A stretch of 64,000 nucleotides of DNA from Actinomycetota bacterium (GCA_030645615.1 JAUSNB010000063.1:22716-86715), one strand, 5' to 3'; positions 34,947 to 45,843 are shown, counted from the stretch's first letter. Notes: generated by a model not told the origin, from the letters alone. Made by a program: numbers and translations.

Positions 34947-36263
34947 ATGACACTACGACTGTCGGTGGTGGGGACGGGCTACCTCGGCGTCACGCACGCG
35001 GCGTGCATGGCGGAGCTCGGCTACGAGGTCCTCGGCCTCGACATCGACGCCGCGAAGGTGGACCTGCTCCGCTCGGGCACGGTGCCGTTCTACGAGCCCG
35101 GACTCGACGAGGTGCTCCAGCGGAACATCGCCTCCGGGCGCCTGTCGTTCACAACCTCGTTCGAGGAGGTGGCTGCGTTCGCGGACATCCACTTCATCTG
35201 TGTCGGCACCCCCCAGGCCGCAGGTGCCCAGCGTGCCGACCTTTCGCAGGTCATCGGCTCCATCGACTCGCTTGCCCCACACCTTCGGCCGGACGCCCTC
35301 GTCGTCGGCAAGTCCACCGTCCCCGTCGGCACCGCCGACGGCCTGGCCACGCGACTGGCCGGGGCCGCCGACGGTGTGGAGGTTGCCTGGAACCCCGAGT
35401 TCCTGCGCGAGGGCTTTGCGGTCGAGGACACCCTGCACCCCGACCGGCTGGTCGTCGGCGTGCGCTCGGCGCGCGCGGAGGCCATGCTGCGCGAGGTCTA
35501 CGCCCCCCTCATCGCCGCCGGCACCCCATTCCTGGTCACCGACTTCCCCACGGCCGAACTGGTCAAGGTCGCCGCCAACTCGTTCCTCGCGACGAAGATC
35601 TCGTTCATCAACGCGATGGCAGAGGTATGCGAGGCCGCAGGGGCGGACGTGTCCCAGCTTGCCCAGGCCATCGGCATGGACCCGCGCATCGGGCACCGCT
35701 TCCTCGGGGCGGGCCTGGGCTTCGGCGGCGGGTGCCTGCCCAAGGACATCCGAGCCTTCATGGCCAGGGCCGGGGAGCTCGGCGCGGAGGAAGCCGTTGC
35801 CTTCCTGCGCGAGGTCGATCAGATCAACCTGCGGCGACGCAGCCACACCGTGGACCTCGCCCGGCTCACCCTCGGCGGCTCCTTCCACGGGCGCCGGGTC
35901 GCCATGCTGGGCGCGTCCTTCAAGCCCGATAGCGACGATGTCCGGGACTCGCCCGCGCTTGACGTCGCCGTGGCGATCGGCAACGCCGGGGCAAGCGTCG
36001 TGGTCCATGATCCGAAGGCCCTGGCCAATGCGGCGCGCGTCTACCCGCACCTGCGATACGAACCCGACCTCGCCACCGCGCTGGCCGCAGCGGAGCTCGT
36101 CATCCTGGGCACCGAGTGGCGCGAGTACCGCGAGATCGACCCGGCGTGGGCGGCCACCCTCGTCGATGACCGGTCGGTCATCGACGGCCGCAACGCGCTC
36201 GACCCGGCGGCCTGGCGTGCCGCAGGCTGGCGCTACCGGGCGCTGGGCCGTCCGCACGCCTGA
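34947..36263 (+). CDS. UDP-glucose 6-dehydrogenase family nucleotide-sugar dehydrogenase
   Basis: 438 aa. Rossmann motif VVGTGYLGVTHAACMAELG, catalytic Cys block GFGGGCLPKDI and a UDPG_MGDP_dh C-terminal domain. The exact nucleotide-sugar substrate cannot be determined from the sequence. Confidence 0.88.
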   Translation: MTLRLSVVGTGYLGVTHAACMAELGYEVLGLDIDAAKVDLLRSGTVPFYEPGLDEVLQRNIASGRLSFTTSFEEVAAFADIHFICVGTPQAAGAQRADLSQVIGSIDSLAPHLRPDALVVGKSTVPVGTADGLATRLAGAADGVEVAWNPEFLREGFAVEDTLHPDRLVVGVRSARAEAMLREVYAPLIAAGTPFLVTDFPTAELVKVAANSFLATKISFINAMAEVCEAAGADVSQLAQAIGMDPRIGHRFLGAGLGFGGGCLPKDIRAFMARAGELGAEEAVAFLREVDQINLRRRSHTVDLARLTLGGSFHGRRVAMLGASFKPDSDDVRDSPALDVAVAIGNAGASVVVHDPKALANAARVYPHLRYEPDLATALAAAELVILGTEWREYREIDPAWAATLVDDRSVIDGRNALDPAAWRAAGWRYRALGRPHA

Positions 36264-36676
36264 TGGTGAACGAGCCCGACGGGATCCGTGCCGCCCTCGA
36301 CCAGACCCACATCTGGTTCGTGGTCGGCCTCGGCAACAGTCCGGGGCGCGATGCCTACCACGTTGCCCTGTTCCTCCAGTCGATCGGCAAGCGCGTCATC
36401 CCGATCCACCCGCGCGCCGAGGCCGTCCACGGCGAGCAGGGTTACCCCACCATCGCGGATGCGGCGGCAGCCGTCGGGCGGCCCGACGTGGTCGACGTGT
36501 TCGTCAGGTCCGACCGGGCGGGGACGTTCGCGGACCAGGCGATCGAGGCGGGCGCCACGGTCGTCTGGTTCCAGCAGGGGGTCGTGGACGCTGACGCGGC
36601 ACGGCGCGTCGAGGCCGCCGGGCTGGCCATGGTCATGGACCGCTGCCCCGTGGTGGAGCGCCGGTTCAGCGGCTGA
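36263..36676 (+). CDS. CoA-binding domain protein (YccU/YneT-like)
   Basis: 137 aa. [44 protein letters not shown]. The ATG overlaps the upstream stop. Its 3' end overlaps the convergent purE 3' end by 11 nt. Confidence 0.85.
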   Translation: MVNEPDGIRAALDQTHIWFVVGLGNSPGRDAYHVALFLQSIGKRVIPIHPRAEAVHGEQGYPTIADAAAAVGRPDVVDVFVRSDRAGTFADQAIEAGATVVWFQQGVVDADAARRVEAAGLAMVMDRCPVVERRFSG

Positions 36677-37157
36677 GGCCCTGCCCCTTCGCCTTGGCCT
36701 GCGCATTGAGCTCGGCCTGGAAGGCAGTCATCGACTGAACGAGGTCGGGGTCGGCCACGCCCAGGATTCGCACGGCGAGCAACCCCGCGTTGCGCGCGTT
36801 GCCGATGGCCACCGTCGCCACGGGAACGCCGGCCGGCATCTGCACGATCGACAGCAGCGAGTCCATCCCGTCGAGCGTCCCGACGGGCACTGGCACTCCG
36901 ACGACCGGCAGTGGCGTGAGGGACGCCAGCATGCCGGGCAGGTGCGCCGCGCCTCCCGCTCCGGCGATGATCACCTTCAGGCCACGGCTTGCGGCCGCCG
37001 ATCCGAACTCCACCATTTCCAGCGGCATCCGGTGCGCCGACAGCACGAGGACTTCGTGCGGAACGTCGAACTCCTCGAGGGCGAGTGCCGCGGCCTGCAT
37101 CACCGGCCAGTCCGAGTCGCTCCCCATGCAGATGGCGACCAGCGGCTGCTCACTCAT
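36666..37157 (-). CDS. purE: N5-carboxyaminoimidazole ribonucleotide mutase
   Basis: Trimmed to ATG 37157 ([20 protein letters not shown]). Motifs [30 protein letters not shown]. Confidence 0.95.
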   Translation of the reverse strand: MSEQPLVAICMGSDSDWPVMQAAALALEEFDVPHEVLVLSAHRMPLEMVEFGSAAASRGLKVIIAGAGGAAHLPGMLASLTPLPVVGVPVPVGTLDGMDSLLSIVQMPAGVPVATVAIGNARNAGLLAVRILGVADPDLVQSMTAFQAELNAQAKAKGQGLSR

Positions 37158-38313
37158 CGATGACTCCCGCGAAGTAGTCGGCCGCGTGCCGGCCCCGGGC
37201 CAATAGTTCCTCAACGTCATGGCCGAGGACGGTCACATGGCCGACCTTGCGCCCGGGCCGCACCGCCTTCCCGTACAGGTGCACCTTCAGGCCGGGGTCC
37301 CGTGCCAGCACGTGCCGGTAGGCCGACGGCAGGTCGCCGACGTCCCTGCCGAGGATGTTGACCATCACCGCGTAGGGGGCCAGGGGGGCAGGACTGCCCA
37401 GGGGGAGGTCGAGCACTGCGCGCAGGTGGTTCTCGAACTGGCTGGTGACGGCTCCCTCGATGGTCCAGTGCCCCGAGTTGTGCGGGCGCATGGCGAGCTC
37501 GTTCACGTACAGGTCGTAGCCGTCATCGAACATCTCCACGGCAAGCATGCCGGTGACGTTGAGGTCCTTCGCGATCCGCAGGGCCAGTTCCTGGGCCGCC
37601 ACCGCCCGGGACGCGGGCAGGCCGGGGGCGGGGGCCACGACCTCCGCGCAGATCCCGTCCTTCTGCAAGGTGCGCACGACCGGGTAGGCCACCGCCTGGC
37701 CGTGCGGCGAGCGGGCCACCTGAGCCGAGAGCTCCTGCGCGAAGTCGATGCACTCCTCCGCCAGCCATTCGGCCCCGTCGGCCAGCGGTTGCTCGAGAAT
37801 GTCCGCGGCCGCCGCCAGCGACTCCACCCGCCAGACGCCCCGCCCGTCGTAGCCCCCGCGGGAGGCCTTGAGGATGACCGGCCAGCCAGTGTCGTCGGCG
37901 AACTGGGCGAGCGTGGCGAGGTCCGGGACCCGGCTCCACTTGGGCGAGGGGACCCCGATGTCGCTGAGCGCCTGCCGCATGTGCAGCTTGTCCTGGGCGT
38001 GGAACAGGGCTGCCGGCCCAGGCCGCACGGCGATGCCCATGGACTCCAGCCGCTCGAGGTGGGCCGGCGGGACGTGCTCGTGGTCGAACGTCACCACGTC
38101 GCACCCCGTCGCGAAGCGGACGAGGTCGTCGAGGTCGTCGTGCCTGCCGATGACGGTGTCGGCGATGGCCTGCGCGGCAGGATCGACGGGTGTCGGGGCG
38201 AGCACCCGCAGGGCGATGCCCAATGCGGTGGCGGGGGCAGCGCTCATGCGCGCCAGTTGGCCGCCGCCGACGATGCCTACGCGGGCGAACGCGCCGGTGT
38301 CAACGAGGTCCAC
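37150..38313 (-). CDS. purK: N5-carboxyaminoimidazole ribonucleotide synthase
   Basis: 387 aa, ATP-grasp fold. [53 protein letters not shown]. Its stop overlaps the purE start by 8 nt. Confidence 0.95.
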   Translation of the reverse strand: MDLVDTGAFARVGIVGGGQLARMSAAPATALGIALRVLAPTPVDPAAQAIADTVIGRHDDLDDLVRFATGCDVVTFDHEHVPPAHLERLESMGIAVRPGPAALFHAQDKLHMRQALSDIGVPSPKWSRVPDLATLAQFADDTGWPVILKASRGGYDGRGVWRVESLAAAADILEQPLADGAEWLAEECIDFAQELSAQVARSPHGQAVAYPVVRTLQKDGICAEVVAPAPGLPASRAVAAQELALRIAKDLNVTGMLAVEMFDDGYDLYVNELAMRPHNSGHWTIEGAVTSQFENHLRAVLDLPLGSPAPLAPYAVMVNILGRDVGDLPSAYRHVLARDPGLKVHLYGKAVRPGRKVGHVTVLGHDVEELLARGRHAADYFAGVIDE

Positions 38314-38349
38314 TCCGGAAACCTACCGAGGCGGCTCTCGGCCGTGGGA

Positions 38350-38889
38350 TCAGGTGCCGTCAGTCGGCGGGACGGGGTCGCCCCCGAGCTCGTCCGAGCG
38401 GCTGCGACGACGCGCGTCGTCCTCCTCGTGCAGCCGGTACACCTCGCGCTGGATCCGCTCTACATCCGGTACGTCGACGATGACCAGGTCGCCCTCGGTG
38501 TTGGCCGAGTCGATCTTCAGCGCGCCGTAGTTGAGGATGCGCCCCATAACGCTGATGTCGAACGAGACGTTGTTGACCTTCGACAGGGGCATGTCGCGAC
38601 CCTGCTTGGTGATGATGCCGCGCCGCGTGATGATGCGCCGGTTGGTGAACACGTACTGCGTCGTCAGCCATCGCAGGAAGGCGACCAGAACGAACGGGAA
38701 GAAGAGCACGATCGCGATGATCAGGATCGCCCATCGCAGGAACGTGTTGTCGGTCAGGAAGAACAGCCACGACCCCACGAAGACGATGGCCAGCAGGATG
38801 AGGATCGGGACGAGCAGGGCCCGGAAGTGCGGGCGCAGCTCGAACTGCACGGTCTCGCCGTCGGCCAGGAGCTTCTGCGGGTATGCCAT
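38350..38889 (-). CDS. Membrane protein with bacterial PH domain (bPH_2, YdbS/YdbT-like; Rv3278c position)
   Basis: 179 aa. Two TM helices ([40 protein letters not shown]), then [32 protein letters not shown]. Confidence 0.88.
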   Translation of the reverse strand: MAYPQKLLADGETVQFELRPHFRALLVPILILLAIVFVGSWLFFLTDNTFLRWAILIIAIVLFFPFVLVAFLRWLTTQYVFTNRRIITRRGIITKQGRDMPLSKVNNVSFDISVMGRILNYGALKIDSANTEGDLVIVDVPDVERIQREVYRLHEEDDARRRSRSDELGGDPVPPTDGT

Positions 38890-38892
38890 GGG

Positions 38893-39693
38893 TCAGATGG
38901 TGGCATGGATGACGTCGCCCGCGGCGACATACACGGTCTTTCCGCTCACGTGGATGCCCAGCCGGCCGTCGTCCGCGATGCCGATTGCCCGGCCGACCAG
39001 CACCTCGCCCGACGGCAGGGACGCCGTGACGTCGCGGCCGACAGTCACGCACAGCCGCCGGTACTCAGCCATGGTGTCGGCACCGCCCGTCGCCCGCAGG
39101 TCGAGCAAGTGCCCGTGCAGCCTGGTGAGGATTTCCACCAGCAAGTCGGCCCGTCCCACCTCCGCACCCTCGAGGGCCAGCGACGTCGCTTCGGGGACAG
39201 GAAGTCCGTCGACGACCTGGGACACGTTCACGCCGATGCCGACTACGGCGGCGCCGGCGCCGTCGGATTCCGCCAGGATCCCTGCGAGCTTGCCGCTGCG
39301 CCCGTCCCGCTTGCGCTGCTCGACGATGACGTCATTCGGCCACTTCAGCACGGCCGGCACGCCCAGCCCAGCGACCGCCCCGGCGACGCTCACCCCGGCC
39401 AGCAACGGGAGGCGGGCGATCGCCCCTCGCTCGTCGGGGCCGAACCGCACCAGCACCGAGCACCACAGCCCGGCGCCGGGAGCGCTCGCCCAGGCCCGCC
39501 CCATGCGCCCGCGACCGGCGGTCTGCTCGTCGGCGACGAGGACGCTGCCTTCGGGGAGGCCATCGGCGGCCCGCGCCAGCAGCTCGGCGTTGGTCGACCC
39601 GAGGATGGCCACGACGACCGGCCGGGGCCACGCGACCTCGCGATCGGCCAGCCGGCCCTCGACGTAGTTCGGATCGATGTCGGGAACTGCCAC
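38893..39693 (-). CDS. birA: Biotin--[acetyl-CoA-carboxylase] ligase (group I, no HTH)
   Basis: 266 aa. GRGRMGRAW loop, [15 protein letters not shown]. It is divergent from the carboxylase beta subunit gene, as in mycobacteria. Confidence 0.92.
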   Translation of the reverse strand: MAVPDIDPNYVEGRLADREVAWPRPVVVAILGSTNAELLARAADGLPEGSVLVADEQTAGRGRMGRAWASAPGAGLWCSVLVRFGPDERGAIARLPLLAGVSVAGAVAGLGVPAVLKWPNDVIVEQRKRDGRSGKLAGILAESDGAGAAVVGIGVNVSQVVDGLPVPEATSLALEGAEVGRADLLVEILTRLHGHLLDLRATGGADTMAEYRRLCVTVGRDVTASLPSGEVLVGRAIGIADDGRLGIHVSGKTVYVAAGDVIHATI

Positions 39694-39729
39694 GCGACTA
39701 AGGTACGCAGACGAGGGCTAGGAGGACAG

Positions 39730-41322
39730 ATGACCGCGGCACCCGTCCAGGACAACGCGCCGGACCGACGCACCACCGCCGGCAAGGCGGCCGACCTCGA
39801 GGCCAGGCGGGCCGAGGCCCTCGGCCGGCGCGAGACGGCCGTCGAGAAGCAGCATGCGAAGGGCAAGAAGACCGCGATGGAGCGCATCGTGGCGCTGCTC
39901 GACGAGGATTCCTTCCAGCAGCTCGACGGCCTTGCCCGGCACCGTTCGTATGCCTTCGGCCTGGAGCAGACCCGGCCCTACGGCGACGGCGTCGTGACCG
40001 GATACGGCACCATCGACGGTCGCCCTGTATGCGTCTTCGCGCAGGACTTCACCGTCTTCGGCGGTTCGCTGGGCGAGGTCTTCGGCGAGAAGATCGTCAA
40101 GGTCATGGACATGGCCATGAAGATCGGCTGCCCGGTCATCGGCCTGAACGACTCCGGCGGGGCCCGCATCCAGGAAGGCGTCGTGTCCCTGGGGCTCTAC
40201 GGCGAGATCTTCCGTCGCAACGTCATGGCATCGGGCGTGATCCCGCAGATCTCTCTGGTGCTCGGCCCCTGCGCCGGCGGTGCTGTCTACTCCCCCGCCA
40301 TCACCGACTTCACGATCATGGTCGACAAGACATCGCACATGTTCATCACCGGCCCCGACGTCATCAAGACGGTGACGGGCGAGGACGTGGAGTTCGAGGA
40401 CCTCGGGGGTGCCCGCACCCACAACTCCAAGTCAGGCGTGGCCCACTACATGGCCACCGACGAGGACGACGCCTTCGAGTACGTCAAGGCGCTGCTGTCC
40501 TACCTGCCTAGCAACAACCTCGAGGACGCGCCGACCTACCCGATCGAGTCCGACCTGTCCTTCACCGACGAGGACCACGAGCTCGACACGCTCATGCCGG
40601 ACTCGCCCAACCAGCCGTACGACATGCACCGGGTCATCGAGCACATCCTCGATGACAACGAGTTCCTCGAGGTGCAGTCGCTGTTCGCCCCCAACATCGT
40701 CGTCGGCTTCGGCCGCGTCGAGGGGCATGCCGTGGGCATCGTCGCGAACCAGCCCATGCAGTTCGCCGGCACCCTCGACATCGCGGCCTCTGAGAAGGCC
40801 GCCCGCTTCGTCCGCACGTGCGACGCGTTCAACATCCCCGTCCTGACCTTCGTCGACGTACCCGGCTTCCTGCCGGGCACCGGCCAGGAGTGGGAGGGCA
40901 TCATCCGCCGCGGGGCGAAGCTCATCTACGCCTACGCCGAGGCGACGGTGCCGCTCATCACCGTCATCACCCGCAAGGCCTACGGCGGCGCCTACGACGT
41001 CATGGGGTCCAAGCACCTCGGGGCCGACATCAACCTGGCCTGGCCCACCGCGGAGATCGCGGTCATGGGCGCGCAAGGCGCCGTCAACATCCTCTACCGC
41101 AAGGAGCTGGCCGGGGCCGACGATCCCGAGGCCGAGCGCAAGCGGCTGATCGACGAGTACCAGGACGAGCTCGCGAACCCCTACACCGCGGCCGAGCGCG
41201 GCTACATCGACCGGGTGATCTTCCCGCACGAGACCCGGATGATGGTCACTCGCGCACTGCGCGCCCTGCGGAACAAGCGGGCCAGCCGGCCGCCGCGCAA
41301 GCACGGGAACATCCCCCTATGA
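39730..41322 (+). CDS. Acyl-CoA (propionyl/acetyl-CoA) carboxylase carboxyltransferase beta subunit (AccD5/PccB-like)
   Basis: Only the last 530 codons of the 1367-aa track ORF are real. ATG 39730 is preceded by AGGAGG (39720-39725). Motifs [79 protein letters not shown]. Confidence 0.95.
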   Translation: MTAAPVQDNAPDRRTTAGKAADLEARRAEALGRRETAVEKQHAKGKKTAMERIVALLDEDSFQQLDGLARHRSYAFGLEQTRPYGDGVVTGYGTIDGRPVCVFAQDFTVFGGSLGEVFGEKIVKVMDMAMKIGCPVIGLNDSGGARIQEGVVSLGLYGEIFRRNVMASGVIPQISLVLGPCAGGAVYSPAITDFTIMVDKTSHMFITGPDVIKTVTGEDVEFEDLGGARTHNSKSGVAHYMATDEDDAFEYVKALLSYLPSNNLEDAPTYPIESDLSFTDEDHELDTLMPDSPNQPYDMHRVIEHILDDNEFLEVQSLFAPNIVVGFGRVEGHAVGIVANQPMQFAGTLDIAASEKAARFVRTCDAFNIPVLTFVDVPGFLPGTGQEWEGIIRRGAKLIYAYAEATVPLITVITRKAYGGAYDVMGSKHLGADINLAWPTAEIAVMGAQGAVNILYRKELAGADDPEAERKRLIDEYQDELANPYTAAERGYIDRVIFPHETRMMVTRALRALRNKRASRPPRKHGNIPL

Positions 41323-41552
41323 CCGCCGAAGGCAATCGCGTGAACGAGCAAGACAGGCCCACCCTGCACGTGGTGGCCGGCTCGCCCACCGCGGAGGAAC
41401 TGGCCATCGTCCTGGCGCTGACGAGCAGCCGCCGGGCGACCGCCGCCGCCGATGCCCCGCACTTCAGCCTGTGGGCGCGCAAGAGCTGCCAGACCCGGCC
41501 CTCCCTGCGCCCCGGGTTCGGGGCGTGGCGCGCGTCGATGATGCCCCGCTAG
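41319..41552 (+). CDS. Acyl-CoA carboxylase epsilon subunit (AccE5-like)
   Basis: 77 aa. The ATG overlaps the accD5-like stop (ATGA). [30 protein letters not shown] is the typical epsilon-subunit pattern. Confidence 0.85.
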   Translation: MTAEGNRVNEQDRPTLHVVAGSPTAEELAIVLALTSSRRATAAADAPHFSLWARKSCQTRPSLRPGFGAWRASMMPR

Positions 41553-41559
41553 CCGCGTC

Positions 41560-42168
41560 GTGCGGCTGGTTCTCGCCTCCGCCTCCCCCGCCAGGCTGTC
41601 GCTGCTGAGGTCGGCGGGCGTCGAGCCCATCGTGATGGTCAGCGACGTCGACGAGGCCACGATGATCCGGGAGCTCGCGACGCTCAGCCCAGCCGACCTG
41701 TGCCAGGAGCTCGCCCGCGCCAAGGCACGCGACGTCGCGGCCCGCGTGGATCCGGCCGAGGACCTGGTGGTCGTCGGCTGTGACTCCGTGCTGGAGGTGG
41801 ACGGGGTGGCGCACGGCAAGCCGGCCACCGCCGACGAGGCGAAGGACCGCTGGCGGGCCATGGCCGGTTCGATGGGGACCCTGCGTACGGGCCACTGGAT
41901 CGTGCGGCCCGCGACGGGAGAGGAGTCCGGCGCGGTGGCCAGCACGCAGGTCTTCCACGGCACGCCGTCCGAGCAGGAGATCGACGCGTACATCGCGACC
42001 GGGGAGCCGATGCGGGTGGCGGGAGGCTTCACCCTCGACGGCCTGGGCGGCCCGTTCGTCGACCGCATCGACGGCGACCCGTCCAACGTCATCGGCCTCT
42101 CCCTCCCGCTGCTCAGGCTCCTGCTGCGCAACCTCGGGATCGTCTGGACAGACTTGTGGGACCGATAG
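41560..42168 (+). CDS. maf: Maf-like nucleoside triphosphate pyrophosphatase
   Basis: 202 aa, GTG start. LVLASASPARLSLLRSAG, VVGCDSVLE, GGFTLDGLGGPFVDRIDGDPSNVIGLSLPLL. Confidence 0.92.
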   Translation: MRLVLASASPARLSLLRSAGVEPIVMVSDVDEATMIRELATLSPADLCQELARAKARDVAARVDPAEDLVVVGCDSVLEVDGVAHGKPATADEAKDRWRAMAGSMGTLRTGHWIVRPATGEESGAVASTQVFHGTPSEQEIDAYIATGEPMRVAGGFTLDGLGGPFVDRIDGDPSNVIGLSLPLLRLLLRNLGIVWTDLWDR

Positions 42169-42201
42169 CATGACGCGAGTCGACAGAAGGGTGACGGCAC
42201 C

Positions 42202-43962
42202 GTGCAGACCGTCCTGATCGCCAATCGCGGCGAGATCGCCATTCGCGTCATCCGGGCCTGCAAGGACGCCGGCCTGCAGTCGGTGGCGGTGTACGCGGAG
42301 CCGGACCGCGACGCCCTTCATGTGCGGCTTGCCGACCAGGCATTCGCCCTCGGCGGGTCGACGGCGGCCGAGTCCTACCTCGTCATCGACAAGCTGCTCA
42401 AGGCCGCCCGCGACTCGGGGGCGGACGCCGTGCACCCGGGCTACGGATTCCTGTCCGAGAATGCCGACTTCGCCCAGGCCGTCATCGACGCGGGGCTGAC
42501 CTGGATCGGTCCTCCGCCGGACGCCATCCGCTCGCTCGGCGACAAGGTCTCCGCTCGTCATATCGCCCAGCGTGCCGGGGCGCCGCAGGTGCCGGGCACC
42601 GCCGACCCCGTCGCGGGGGCCGACGAAGTCGTCGCGTTCGCGAAGGAGCATGGCCTCCCGGTGGCGATCAAGGCGGCCTTTGGCGGCGGCGGCCGCGGGC
42701 TGAAGGTGGCCCGCTCGCTCGATGAGATCCCCGACCTCTTCGACTCGGCGGTGCGGGAGGCCGTCGCTGCGTTCGGCCGTGGGGAGTGCTTCGTCGAGCG
42801 CTACCTCGACAACCCCCGCCACGTCGAGACCCAGTGCCTGGCCGACAAGCACGGCAACGTCGTCGTCGTCTCGACGCGCGATTGCTCTCTGCAGCGTCGC
42901 CACCAGAAGCTCGTCGAGGAGGCGCCCGCCCCGTTCCTCACCGACGACCAGCTGCACGAGCTGTACGCGTCCTCGAAGGCGATCATCAAGGAGGCCGGGT
43001 ACTACAACGCCGGCACCTGCGAGTTCCTGGTCGGGGTCGACGGCACCATCTCCTTCCTCGAGGTCAACACCAGGCTCCAGGTCGAGCACCCGGTGACCGA
43101 GGAGGTCGCGGGCATCGACCTGGTCCGCGAGCAGTTCCGCATCGCCGAGGGCGGCGTCATCGACTACGACGACCCGGTGCTGCGCGGGCACTCATTCGAG
43201 TTCCGGATCAACGGTGAGGACCCGGGGCGCAACTTCCTCCCGGCGCCAGGCGTGCTCAGCGTCTGGAAGCCGCCGAGCGGCCCGGGCATCCGGGTCGATG
43301 CCGGCTTCGAGGCCGGCGATGTCATCGGCGGCAACTTCGACTCGCTGCTGGCCAAGCTGGTCGTCACGGGGGCGACGCGGCAGGAGGCCCTCGAGCGGTC
43401 CCGCCGCGCGCTCGACGAGTTCTCGGTCGACGGCATCGCCACCGCGCTGACCTTCCACCGGGCGGTCGTCCGTGATCCCGCGTTCGCGCCGGCCGACCCC
43501 GAGCAGCCCTTCACCATCCATACCCGTTGGATCGAGACCGAGTTCGACAACACGATCCCGGCCTACTCCGGCAGCACCGACCCAGCCGAGGAGCCCGAGC
43601 CCCGCGAGAGCGTCGTCGTCGAGGTTGCCGGCAAGCGAATCGAGGTCACCCTGCCCGCAGGGCTCGGCTCAGGGTCGGCACCGACCGGGTCCGCCGGCCC
43701 GAAGAAGCGCAAGGCCGGGGGCAAGAAGGCGGGAGCCGGTGCCAGCGGGGACTCCGTCGTGGCTCCCATGCAGGGCACCATCGTCAAGGTCGAGGTCACC
43801 GAGGGCCAGGAGGTCGCCGAAGGCGATCTGGTCGTCGTGCTGGAGGCCATGAAGATGGAGCAGCCGCTCACCGCCCACAAGGCCGGCACCATCACCAAGC
43901 TCACCGCCGAGAAGGGCGCCACCGTCCCGACGGGCACCGTCCTGTGCGAGATTGCCGGCTGA
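42202..43962 (+). CDS. Acetyl/propionyl-CoA carboxylase alpha subunit (biotin carboxylase plus BCCP; AccA3-like)
   Basis: 586 aa, GTG start. [51 protein letters not shown]. The C-terminal biotinyl domain has VLEAMKMEQ. Confidence 0.95.
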   Translation: MQTVLIANRGEIAIRVIRACKDAGLQSVAVYAEPDRDALHVRLADQAFALGGSTAAESYLVIDKLLKAARDSGADAVHPGYGFLSENADFAQAVIDAGLTWIGPPPDAIRSLGDKVSARHIAQRAGAPQVPGTADPVAGADEVVAFAKEHGLPVAIKAAFGGGGRGLKVARSLDEIPDLFDSAVREAVAAFGRGECFVERYLDNPRHVETQCLADKHGNVVVVSTRDCSLQRRHQKLVEEAPAPFLTDDQLHELYASSKAIIKEAGYYNAGTCEFLVGVDGTISFLEVNTRLQVEHPVTEEVAGIDLVREQFRIAEGGVIDYDDPVLRGHSFEFRINGEDPGRNFLPAPGVLSVWKPPSGPGIRVDAGFEAGDVIGGNFDSLLAKLVVTGATRQEALERSRRALDEFSVDGIATALTFHRAVVRDPAFAPADPEQPFTIHTRWIETEFDNTIPAYSGSTDPAEEPEPRESVVVEVAGKRIEVTLPAGLGSGSAPTGSAGPKKRKAGGKKAGAGASGDSVVAPMQGTIVKVEVTEGQEVAEGDLVVVLEAMKMEQPLTAHKAGTITKLTAEKGATVPTGTVLCEIAG

Positions 43963-43999
43963 GTTGGCGCGCGCGTAGCAGGCCTCGTACCGTGGAGGG

Positions 44000-45289
44000 A
44001 TGACCCCCCGCCACCTGATCGGCGCCCTGGGCGCGAGCCTGGCCGTCGCCGTCCTTGCCGGACTCGCCGCCGTCCCTGCCCAGGCTGCCGTCGACGTCTC
44101 CCCCGCCGCGACGGCCTTCCGTGCAGGCGAGTACGTCTACAACGACCCGTCGGCCGAGAATGCCCTGTCCACCGGTGATGCCGACCAGCTCGCCGCCCAG
44201 GTGCGCGACACCAAGCTGCCCATGTTCATCGCTGTGCTGCCGCAGTCGGCGGCGGGCGGCGGCACAGCTGACGAGGTGCTCGTCGAGCTCAAGGTCGAAG
44301 TCGGGCTGGCCGGGATCTATGCCGTCATCGTGGGCGACCAGTTCCGGGCCGGCTCGACGTCAGGCTCGGCCGCCGACCTCGCCACGCAGGCATTCCGCGA
44401 GCAGCGCGAGGCCGGCCCCTATGCCGTGCTGAGCGCCTTCGTCACGCTGGCGAACGAGCGGTTCAACGGTGCCGCGCCGGAATCCTCCGGCGGCGGCGCC
44501 GGGTTCCTCATCTTCCTGGCCATCGCCGGGATCGTGGTCGTCGTCATCGTGGTCATCGCCCGGCGTCGCGCCCGCGCCCGCACCGCGGTCCAGTTGGCCT
44601 CGGTGCAGGCCGCGATCGACGCGGACATCACCGAGTACGGCGAGCGGCTGGGCGCGTTCAGCCTCGACGATCCCGACTTCGACGACGCCACCCGCACCGA
44701 CATGCAGCGCGCCCTCGATGCCTATGACAAGGCGAAGTCCGCCACATCGGCCATGAAGTCCCCGGCGGACGCCGGATCCGTGACATCGGCGCTGGAGGAC
44801 GGCCGCTACGCCCTCGCCTGCGTGCGTGCCCGGCTGGACGGCCAGCCGCTCCCCGAGCGCAGGCCGCCCTGCTTCGTCGACCCTCGGCATGGTCCCAGCG
44901 TCGCGGACGTCGCCTGGGCACCCCCCGGACTGGGCGAGCGAGAGCTGCCGCTGTGCGCCGCATGCCGGACGAGCGTTGAGGCCGGTGGGCAGCCGCAAGG
45001 GCTGCTGGTCGGCTCAGGCGCAAGCCAGCAGCCGTACTGGCAGGCCGGTCCCGAGTACCGGTCCTATGCGGCTGGCTATTACTCCCCGTTCGGCACGGTC
45101 ATGACCGGTGCCTTGGTCGGGACGATGCTGGGCGGGATGTGGGCGGCACCGGCAGCGGCCGCCGCCCCGGTCGACTCGGGTGCATTCGGCAGCGGCGGGG
45201 GCTTCGGGTCGTTCGGCGGCGGGGGCGGCGGGGACTTCGGCGGCGGGGACTTCGGTGGCGGCGACTTCGGCGGCGGCGGCGACTTCTGA
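44000..45289 (+). CDS. Secreted single-pass membrane protein with TPM-like N-domain, Cys-containing cytoplasmic domain and Gly-rich GGDF-repeat tail
   Basis: 429 aa. Signal peptide ..AAVPAQA. Ectodomain LPMFIAVLPQSAAGGGTADEVL..GIYAVIVGDQFRAGS. TM helix FLIFLAIAGIVVVVIVVIARRRAR. The cytoplasmic part has RRPPCFVDPRHGPS and LPLCAACRTS, then a second hydrophobic patch and GGGGGGDFGGGDFGGGDFGGGGDF. Family not assigned. Confidence 0.75.
   Translation: MTPRHLIGALGASLAVAVLAGLAAVPAQAAVDVSPAATAFRAGEYVYNDPSAENALSTGDADQLAAQVRDTKLPMFIAVLPQSAAGGGTADEVLVELKVEVGLAGIYAVIVGDQFRAGSTSGSAADLATQAFREQREAGPYAVLSAFVTLANERFNGAAPESSGGGAGFLIFLAIAGIVVVVIVVIARRRARARTAVQLASVQAAIDADITEYGERLGAFSLDDPDFDDATRTDMQRALDAYDKAKSATSAMKSPADAGSVTSALEDGRYALACVRARLDGQPLPERRPPCFVDPRHGPSVADVAWAPPGLGERELPLCAACRTSVEAGGQPQGLLVGSGASQQPYWQAGPEYRSYAAGYYSPFGTVMTGALVGTMLGGMWAAPAAAAAPVDSGAFGSGGGFGSFGGGGGGDFGGGDFGGGDFGGGGDF
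45187..45286 (+). repeat. Gly-rich low-complexity / tandem 15-nt (GGCGGGGACTTCGGC-like) repeat encoding the GGDF tail
   Basis: ggcagcggcgggggcttcgggtcgttcggcggcgggggcggcggggacttcggcggcggggacttcggtggcggcgacttcggcggcggcggcgacttc, at the 3' end of CDS 44000..45289. Confidence 0.85.
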
Positions 45290-45292
45290 CCC

Positions 45293-45370
45293 CACCCCTC
45301 GGTGACTGGCCAGTCGTGGGGGGCGAATCCGGCGATTCTGCCCCCACGACTGGCCGCTCGCCGAGGGGTG
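45293..45370. repeat. Palindromic intergenic element, family 1, copy C
   Basis: CACCCCTCGGTGACTGGCCAGTCGTGGGGG (45293-45322), an 18-nt loop (which itself contains GAATCcggcGATTC), then CCCCCACGACTGGCCGCTCGCCGAGGGGTG (45341-45370). The arms are 30 nt with 3 mismatches. It lies between convergent stops at 45289 and 45388. Confidence 0.9.
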
Positions 45371-45387
45371 CGGCTGGCTGCTCGACG

Positions 45388-45843
45388 TCAGTCCGGGGGC
45401 GGGCCGCAGGGGTGCTCGCGCAGCCGGCGAACGTAGTCGGCCGGGGCGCCGCCGGCGTGCGCGGCATCGGCGACGATGCCCAGCTGCTCAACAGTCGGCA
45501 GGCCGCCCTCGTAGGCATCCAGGACGTACAGCCAGGCCAGCGGCTCACCGTCACGCGTGTGCACCCGGACCCTGATCTTGCGCCATAGCCCGAGGTCGAT
45601 GTCCTCCCATACGTCCAGCGCCTGCTCGTCCGCGGGCGGCACGTCGTACAGCACGACGAACACCGATTCGCCGTCGGCCTCCACCACCGTTGCCATCGCC
45701 GCGCCGAACTCCTCCCCGCCCGCGAAGGTCAGCCGCCAGCCCCGGAGCCAGCCGGTCGCGAACACGGGGGACGCTGGCGCACGCAGGGCCATGCGACGCG
45801 GATCAAGGTTCGTCCCGTAGGCCGCGTACAGCGTCACGCGCAC
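45388..45843 (-). CDS. Gamma-glutamylcyclotransferase / AIG2-like family protein
   Basis: Reads V(R)VTLYAAYGTNLDPRRM.. (the YGSNL-type N-terminal motif of the GGCT fold). I chose GTG 45843 (or 45837) because track start 45882 overlaps the divergent lpdA start. Confidence 0.75.
   Translation of the reverse strand: MRVTLYAAYGTNLDPRRMALRAPASPVFATGWLRGWRLTFAGGEEFGAAMATVVEADGESVFVVLYDVPPADEQALDVWEDIDLGLWRKIRVRVHTRDGEPLAWLYVLDAYEGGLPTVEQLGIVADAAHAGGAPADYVRRLREHPCGPPPD

Noticed and set aside
36666-36676. An 11-nt overlap of the 3' ends of the convergent CoA-binding and purE genes.
   Set aside because: Short convergent overlaps are common in compact high-GC genomes. I saw no additional structure there.
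37219-41322. A 1367-aa ORF on the plus strand, the longest in the track, which could be read as a giant protein.
   Set aside because: Its first 837 or so codons are Arg/Gly/Pro-rich nonsense. They run antisense to the well-supported purK, PH-domain and birA genes. Protein-like sequence begins only at ATG 39730, behind an AGGAGG site (the AccD5-like carboxyltransferase).
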